Positions 58,414 to 64,000 of a DNA stretch of 64,000 bases are shown here, piece after piece (the first letter of the stretch is position 1; every line of letters begins with the position of its first letter). The notes under the pieces are model-generated. The model saw only the letters and a list, made by a program, of their open reading frames with translations, was not told the DNA's origin and ran no database searches. This DNA is from Bacteroidales bacterium. Lineage in GTDB: Bacteria; Bacteroidota; Bacteroidia; Bacteroidales; VadinHA17. Made by a program: the position numbers and the translations under genes. The stretch spans positions 37,918-101,917 of the forward strand of contig JAVVEL010000006.1 of NCBI GenBank assembly GCA_032260385.1. Reading direction: 5' to 3'.

Positions 58414-60612
58414 ATGCCGGATGGGAGAACACATATACGAAACAAATACAGGGCTCTTCTGAGAGCTTCCGGTCATCTTATTAAAAGTAGTGAAGACCAG
58501 AAAAAAGTAAGGAAAGCTCTTGAATTACTGGTGGAGTGCCTTGGTGACCAAAAAACTGTCACCGGTGAATCATCGGTAATACATGCCCTTTCAGTTGCCC
58601 GTATGGTGGCTGAAGAAATGGGCCTGGGCCTGTCTTCCATCATAGCTGCAATAATGCACGACTGTGCAGGCAGGATCGACCTTGCTGATAAAAAGCTCGA
58701 AAAAACATTCGGTAATAATGTACTGAAAGTTCTGAAAGGACTGGCGAATATTGAAAATATTGAAACCACAAGGTCAACCTACCAGGCCGAAAACTTCCTT
58801 AAACTAATACTCAGCCTGGCTGAAGACATCAGGGTAATCCTTATAAAACTCGTTGAACGTCTCGATTATATGAGGAAACTCGAAGGCGCTAAAACCGATG
58901 TTCGCCTCAGGCTGGCCTCCGAATCATATTTCCTCTACGCTCCCCTGGCTCACAGGCTGGGTCTGTATAAGCTGAAATCGGAAATGGAAGACCGGGCAAT
59001 GATGTACCTTGACCCGGCTGCCTACAGGATGATCGAACAAAAACTAAAACAAACAACATCCTCGCGTAACAGACTGATACGCGACTTCTCTTCACCGCTG
59101 AAAGAAGCACTTGACAGACAGGATATTAAATATGAAATAAAAGGACGGACAAAATCCATCCATTCTATATGGCAGAAGATGAAACGCCAGGGGGTTGAAT
59201 TTGAAGAGGTGTATGATGTTTTTGCTATAAGGATTATCCTTGAAACTGTCGATGACAGGGAAAAAGCTGATTGCTGGAAAACATATTCAATTGTTACAGA
59301 CCTCTTCCAGCCCAATCCCAGTAGACTCAGAGACTGGATATCTGTTCCAAAATCAAATGGTTATGAGTCGCTGCATACCACTGTGATAGGACCCCGGAAT
59401 AAATGGGTGGAAGTGCAGATACGAACCACGAGAATGGATGATATAGCTGAAAAAGGACTGGCTGCGCATTTCAGGTATAAGGGTTCCGAAGGCGACAGGA
59501 CTATAGATAAATGGCTCCTCCACATGAGGGAAATACTTGAATCATCGGGTAGAGAAGACAAAGAGATCTTCGAACAGGTCAGATCAGACCTGTATACTGA
59601 TGAAGTTTTTGTTTTTACTCCCAGGGGAGACCTTAAAAGACTGGCTGCAGGAGCCACCGTGCTTGACTTTGCTTTTGAAATTCATACCCAGGTGGGAGAG
59701 AGCTGTGTGGGGGCAAAGGTGAATGGCAGGAATGTGGGAATAAAACACGTTCTTGAAAATGGAGACCAGGTAGCGGTATTAACCTCCAAAAACCAGAAAC
59801 CAAAGCGTGACTGGCTTTCTTATGTTATTACGGGAAAAGCTAAAAACCGTATAAAAAGTGCCCTTAATGCTGAAAAAGTTAAAGCCGCAGCTGAAGGGAA
59901 AGAAATACTGGTCAGAAGATTGAAAAACTGGAAAATCCCCTATGATGATGCACTGGTGAAGTCTTTGCTGGATCATTTCAAATTACCTAACGCTACCGAA
60001 TTATATTTCCAGATACAGTGCGAAAAAATTGATCTTAAAAATGTTAAAGATCATATTGTTAGGGGCGAACATAAAAATGAGAACGAAAGCTCCACCGGGG
60101 AGGAATTAATTAAAACTGTACCGGAAGATGCCGCCAGAGATAGTGACTCCGCTACCATGTTCCGCGATTATCTCATTATTGAGAATAAGGTTGAAGGACT
60201 TGATTATAAGCTCGCTAAATGTTGTAATCCGGTACCGGGAGATAAGATATTCGGCTTTGTTACAATAAGTGAGGGAATTAAGATTCACCGTGTAAATTGC
60301 CCAAACGCTCCTAACCTTATGAGTAACTATCCATACAGGGTGCTGATGGCAAGATGGACAAAGGTGGAAGATAGCCCGGCATTTCAAACAGGACTGCGGA
60401 TAGTGGGCATAGATGACCATGCCATGATAAGCAAAATTTATGATGTGCTTAGCTCCTACAAGGTGAGCCTGAGGAATTTTAAGTACGAGAACCATGATGG
60501 AATGTTTGAAGGCATAGTTTATTTATATGTCCCTAATATCAATATTCTTAATGGTTTAATAAAAAAGATCCTTTCAATTGATGGAGTCCTTAAAGCCAGC
60601 AGGTATGATTAA
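58414..60612 (+). CDS. Bifunctional (p)ppGpp synthetase/hydrolase, RelA/SpoT family
   Basis: HD hydrolase domain (HALSVARMV...MHD), synthetase motif GRTKSIHSIWQKM...YDVFAIRII...YESLHTTV, a TGS domain (FVFTPRGDL...GATVLDFAF) and a C-terminal ACT domain. Confidence 0.95.
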   Translation: MPDGRTHIRNKYRALLRASGHLIKSSEDQKKVRKALELLVECLGDQKTVTGESSVIHALSVARMVAEEMGLGLSSIIAAIMHDCAGRIDLADKKLEKTFGNNVLKVLKGLANIENIETTRSTYQAENFLKLILSLAEDIRVILIKLVERLDYMRKLEGAKTDVRLRLASESYFLYAPLAHRLGLYKLKSEMEDRAMMYLDPAAYRMIEQKLKQTTSSRNRLIRDFSSPLKEALDRQDIKYEIKGRTKSIHSIWQKMKRQGVEFEEVYDVFAIRIILETVDDREKADCWKTYSIVTDLFQPNPSRLRDWISVPKSNGYESLHTTVIGPRNKWVEVQIRTTRMDDIAEKGLAAHFRYKGSEGDRTIDKWLLHMREILESSGREDKEIFEQVRSDLYTDEVFVFTPRGDLKRLAAGATVLDFAFEIHTQVGESCVGAKVNGRNVGIKHVLENGDQVAVLTSKNQKPKRDWLSYVITGKAKNRIKSALNAEKVKAAAEGKEILVRRLKNWKIPYDDALVKSLLDHFKLPNATELYFQIQCEKIDLKNVKDHIVRGEHKNENESSTGEELIKTVPEDAARDSDSATMFRDYLIIENKVEGLDYKLAKCCNPVPGDKIFGFVTISEGIKIHRVNCPNAPNLMSNYPYRVLMARWTKVEDSPAFQTGLRIVGIDDHAMISKIYDVLSSYKVSLRNFKYENHDGMFEGIVYLYVPNINILNGLIKKILSIDGVLKASRYD

Positions 60613-60654
60613 ACGTAATTTTGAAATATCCCTGGAATATATTAGATTTACACC

Positions 60655-61260
60655 ATGCGGAAGATAGTAATGATATCGCTCATATTTTTCATGGGATTAA
60701 ATCTCAAAGGACAATATCCTTTTATTAATCCTGGTATATTTTATATGCCGGCTCCCGGACCCGAAAAATACTATGCCGACAAATACGACAAAGCGGATTC
60801 AGATGATCATTCATGGGCAAGATACCAGATTCGTACAGGTATAATGTTCAACTCACTAAATGGCTATAATTCATTTAATTCATGGATATCACCTTCGGTA
60901 TTACTTCCGGTAAATTCCAGGTTTGCTATAAGCATTGAAGGAACATATATCAACAGCTATTTCCCTGGATTCACTGAAGAAAATGAGTTGGGCAGGACTT
61001 CCGATTTTATTGTGAGTGTAAGCGGTATTTATTCGGTGAATGAGAAGATGACTATCTTCGGACAATATTCGAAATCCCTGATGAATGAGGGTATGTTCGG
61101 CCGGGATGGTTTTCAATCCATGACACTTGGAATGGAATTTATGCCACTTCCGAACTTCCGGATAGGGGCTAGTATTACCAGCACAAACGGCTTCAATCCT
61201 TATTATATACATCCTGCATATACACCTTATTCACCTTACCCTTACAGACCTTTCTATTAG
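60655..61260 (+). CDS. Hypothetical secreted/outer-membrane protein with Pro/Tyr-rich C-terminus
   Basis: Signal peptide MRKIVMISLIFFMGLNLKGQ, beta-strand-like alternation, and the tail NPYYIHPAYTPYSPYPYRPFY. Confidence 0.55.
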   Translation: MRKIVMISLIFFMGLNLKGQYPFINPGIFYMPAPGPEKYYADKYDKADSDDHSWARYQIRTGIMFNSLNGYNSFNSWISPSVLLPVNSRFAISIEGTYINSYFPGFTEENELGRTSDFIVSVSGIYSVNEKMTIFGQYSKSLMNEGMFGRDGFQSMTLGMEFMPLPNFRIGASITSTNGFNPYYIHPAYTPYSPYPYRPFY

Positions 61261-61295
61261 GTACTGGGTGCTGGGTACTGGGTCCTGGGTGCTCA
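61261..61295. repeat. Tandem heptamer (GTNCTGG)x5 filling the whole spacer between two convergent stop codons
   Basis: gtactgg gtgctgg gtactgg gtcctgg gtgctca. The last unit contains the minus-strand stop codon, and the + gene stop ends at 61260. Confidence 0.9.
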
Positions 61296-64000
61296 GTATC
61301 TAGGGTCAGGCTTAACCGGCAGCTTTGCCATTTTTTCCACTTCCAGTTGACAGAAACCAAAATCTTCCGTTACCAGTCCCTGCAGCAGGTAGGTGCCGCT
61401 GCCCCTGAACGGGTATTTATCAATTGAGCCGGAGAAATGTACCGTATCAAAGAATTGTCCTTCCTTGTCGATGAAGCAACCGAAATTCATCCATTGCTTA
61501 TTGGCGGTCTTAATATATTTGACGGTCACGAGATGCCCCATCATCCTTACTTTATGTCCTTTCACCCTGCGCATGTCAGCAGCCATGATATCGCCCCTGA
61601 AGGAGGTCTTCAGCAGGCCAAACCAGCTAATACTTACGGGAAAACCAAGCAATTCTATCTCATCATAAGCATCTTCTATCGTATGATTTTCAAGTTTCGG
61701 AAGAGTGTATTTTTTCACAGGCTGATCAAAAAGAGTATGCGATTTTTCAGTTTTCTTTCTGTTTATTAAGAGGTGTACCATCCACAGCAGCTCTGCCTTG
61801 CTCTTGCCCGTAAACCGGAAAGCACCCACGCGTATAAGAAGTATTGTCTGCTCGATCCCGGGACGCACCCGGCTGATAAAATCACTCAGATCACGAAAAG
61901 CACCACCGGTCTTGCGTAGCTTTTCTATTGCCGTGGCAACGGAAGTGTCAAGGTTCTGTATATGGATGAATCCCAGGTATATATCCCTCTCTTTTATGCA
62001 TGTCTTGTACCTGCTGTTATTCACACAGGGTGGGTGCAGGCCGGCCTTATACCTCAATGCCTCGTGAACATACACCCATGTACGGTAGAAGCCGCCGAAG
62101 TTATTTATCACAGCCACGATAAATTCCAACGGAAAGTGAACTTTAAGATAAAGGCTCTGCATGCTTTCCACAGCGTATGATGCTGAATGTGCCTTTGAAA
62201 AGGAATATCCGGCAAACGACTCTATCTGCCGCCATACCTCCCTGGTAATATCTTCGGGATAACCTTTGTCCCTGCAGTTTTCGAAAAACCTGGCTGTTAT
62301 TTTGCGTATCTCCTCCCTTGATCTGTGCTTGCCGCTCATTGCCCTCCTCAGGGTGTCGGCATCCGACAGGTTGAGACCGGCAAAGTGGTGACATATTTTC
62401 AGCACATCCTCCTGGTATACCATCACCCCATAGGTCTCGCTGAGCTGTTCCTTCATAACGGGATGAAGGTATTTAAAACCTTCAGGCTTGTGAAACCTCT
62501 CAATATATTGCTTCATCATGCCGGAGCGGGCAACACCCGGGCGTATAACCGAACTGGCAGCCACAAGGGTGGGGTAGTCGCTGCATTTCAGTTTCTGCAA
62601 CAGACCGCGCATTGCCGGGCTTTCGATGTAAAAGCATCCCTTTGTTTCACCTTTTGCAAGGGCTTCCTTTACCCCGGGATCATTTTTAAATTTCTGTATG
62701 GCATACACATCCACATCAATGCCCCTGTTCTCACTTATTATATCTGCACTTTCCTTAATATGCCCTATGCCCCTCTGACTCAGGATATCAATCTTTTCAA
62801 AACCCAGCTCCTCCGCAACATACATATCCCATTGCGTCGTAGGGAAACCTTTGGGAGGCATGTCCAGTGCCGTGTAACAGGTGATTGGCTTTTCCGATAT
62901 AAGCACACCACCTGCATGTATGCTCCTAAGGTTGGGGAAATCGGCTATCTTGCTTCCAAAATAAAATATTCTGTCAGTCAGATAGTTGCGATTTGATTTA
63001 TCGCCGGGATTTTCAACCAGGCTGTCAATCTCTTCTTTGGGTAAACCATATACTTTGCCTAATTCCCTGATAATTGATTTACCCCTGAACGTGCTCATTG
63101 TTCCAAGCAGCGATGTATGACTGTAGCCGTAGCGTTTGAAAATATAGTCCAGCACCTCATCCCTTTCTTTCCATGAATAGTCAATGTCAAAATCGGGGGG
63201 CGTACTTCTCGCAGGATTTATGAACCTCTCAAAGTAAAGGTTTAGGTCGATCGGATCAACATTGGTGATTTTCAGACAGTAAGCAATAATTGAATTTGCA
63301 CCGCTGCCACGCCCGACATGATAGAAACCCCTTGACATGGAGTATCTTATGATGTCCCATGTGATAAGGAAATATGCAGAAAAACCGAGTTTGTCAATTA
63401 TGTCCAGCTCATGTTTTATTCTTTCCCTGGCCACGGCATTATCATTACCGTACCTGTATTGCATGCCATCCCACGCCAGTTTCTCCAGCAGGAGCCTGTC
63501 GTCATACCTGCTGGCAGAAAAAACCTGTTTGTTTCTGGGGACATTGTCATCAAATGATATGCTGCAGTCATCAAGCAGCCTGGCGCTGTTAGTGATTAAA
63601 TGCGGATAATTGCCGTAAGTTTCTTTCAGTTTGCCACTGTCAATGAAAGTTTCACTTTCCCCGGCCACCTGCCCGGACTTAAGATGATCGATAAGCGTAT
63701 TATTATCAATAGCCCTGAGATTCATGTGTATGTCCCATCCCTCTTTATCTCCGAAGCTCACAGTCTGAAAACCAACAAGTTTATCCTTATCAAACTGGTC
63801 TTCCCGTCTCAACAGACTGTTGACTTTACGTGGACTGATATTTATCCTTTCGTTCTCGTTAAGCTTCCTTCCGGGATAATTATCAAGGGGATAGACTATG
63901 TAGGCATTATTGAATCCGGGGGCAGGGAAGGGCAGCTGTGTTTTGTTGATATTGTGCTGTGACAGAAATTCATTCAGTTCCCTCATCCCCTCGTTATTGC
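61293..64000 (-). CDS. DNA polymerase III alpha subunit family protein (C-family polymerase; short DnaE/DnaE2-like form), 5' end outside window
   Basis: The frame is open to the window edge. The palm/fingers signature is GFSAYFLITWDIIRYSMSRGFYHVGRGSGANSIIAYCLKITNVDPIDLNLYFERFINPARSTPPDFDIDYS. Downstream are SKAHSASYA and a C-terminal OB-like region. Confidence 0.9.
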   Translation of the reverse strand, partial: NNEGMRELNEFLSQHNINKTQLPFPAPGFNNAYIVYPLDNYPGRKLNENERINISPRKVNSLLRREDQFDKDKLVGFQTVSFGDKEGWDIHMNLRAIDNNTLIDHLKSGQVAGESETFIDSGKLKETYGNYPHLITNSARLLDDCSISFDDNVPRNKQVFSASRYDDRLLLEKLAWDGMQYRYGNDNAVARERIKHELDIIDKLGFSAYFLITWDIIRYSMSRGFYHVGRGSGANSIIAYCLKITNVDPIDLNLYFERFINPARSTPPDFDIDYSWKERDEVLDYIFKRYGYSHTSLLGTMSTFRGKSIIRELGKVYGLPKEEIDSLVENPGDKSNRNYLTDRIFYFGSKIADFPNLRSIHAGGVLISEKPITCYTALDMPPKGFPTTQWDMYVAEELGFEKIDILSQRGIGHIKESADIISENRGIDVDVYAIQKFKNDPGVKEALAKGETKGCFYIESPAMRGLLQKLKCSDYPTLVAASSVIRPGVARSGMMKQYIERFHKPEGFKYLHPVMKEQLSETYGVMVYQEDVLKICHHFAGLNLSDADTLRRAMSGKHRSREEIRKITARFFENCRDKGYPEDITREVWRQIESFAGYSFSKAHSASYAVESMQSLYLKVHFPLEFIVAVINNFGGFYRTWVYVHEALRYKAGLHPPCVNNSRYKTCIKERDIYLGFIHIQNLDTSVATAIEKLRKTGGAFRDLSDFISRVRPGIEQTILLIRVGAFRFTGKSKAELLWMVHLLINRKKTEKSHTLFDQPVKKYTLPKLENHTIEDAYDEIELLGFPVSISWFGLLKTSFRGDIMAADMRRVKGHKVRMMGHLVTVKYIKTANKQWMNFGCFIDKEGQFFDTVHFSGSIDKYPFRGSGTYLLQGLVTEDFGFCQLEVEKMAKLPVKPDPRY

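Noticed and set aside
62325-62996. 223-aa plus-strand ORF inside the polymerase gene
   Set aside because: It is antisense to the conserved fingers region of the C-family polymerase and has no domain signature.

Overview
This is a dense, mostly housekeeping chromosomal segment that looks like a Bacteroidota genome. The taxonomic call rests on TAnnTTTG -7 promoter boxes 17-38 nt upstream of many start codons, an ECF sigma/DUF4252 cluster, a long-form SecA and ptb/buk fermentation genes. I support 55 CDS (two run off the window edges) and one RNase P RNA. I saw no rRNA, tRNA, CRISPR array, transposase, integrase or phage genes. Recognisable content:
- Core functions: secA, dapA, ligA, argS, ffh, folD, aroE, truA, queA, rnpB, rarA, ggt, pyrK/pyrD, relA/spoT.
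- A pta-ackA-ptb-ptb-buk acyl-phosphate cluster.
- Two tandem DAACS transporters.
- A short C-family DNA polymerase alpha subunit cut by the window end.

Items most worth a second look:
1. A rearranged AmmeMemoRadiSam system (7871-12956). It has a Memo::AMMECR1 fusion and an interposed polytopic SpeE-like membrane protein with degenerate catalytic motifs. Both soluble components carry signal-like N-termini.
2. A candidate ~98-nt small RNA (18784-18881, minus strand) with its own -7 box, an intrinsic terminator and five spaced ACC(C)U motifs.
3. An 834-bp AT-rich gene-free island (51778-52611) with DnaA-box-like 9-mers and a repeated TTATTTACA motif. It could be an origin of replication or a large regulatory region.
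4. An ECF sigma/anti-sigma unit with three DUF4252 paralogs.
5. Three different short tandem or direct repeat tracts, C-rich and G-poor or pyrimidine-rich in the sense of the gene that ends there, each placed directly after a stop codon.

Several ORF-track starts (TTG/GTG extensions) were moved to downstream ATGs where the extension overlaps an upstream gene or a promoter box. All functional calls come from motif recognition by eye; no database search was run.
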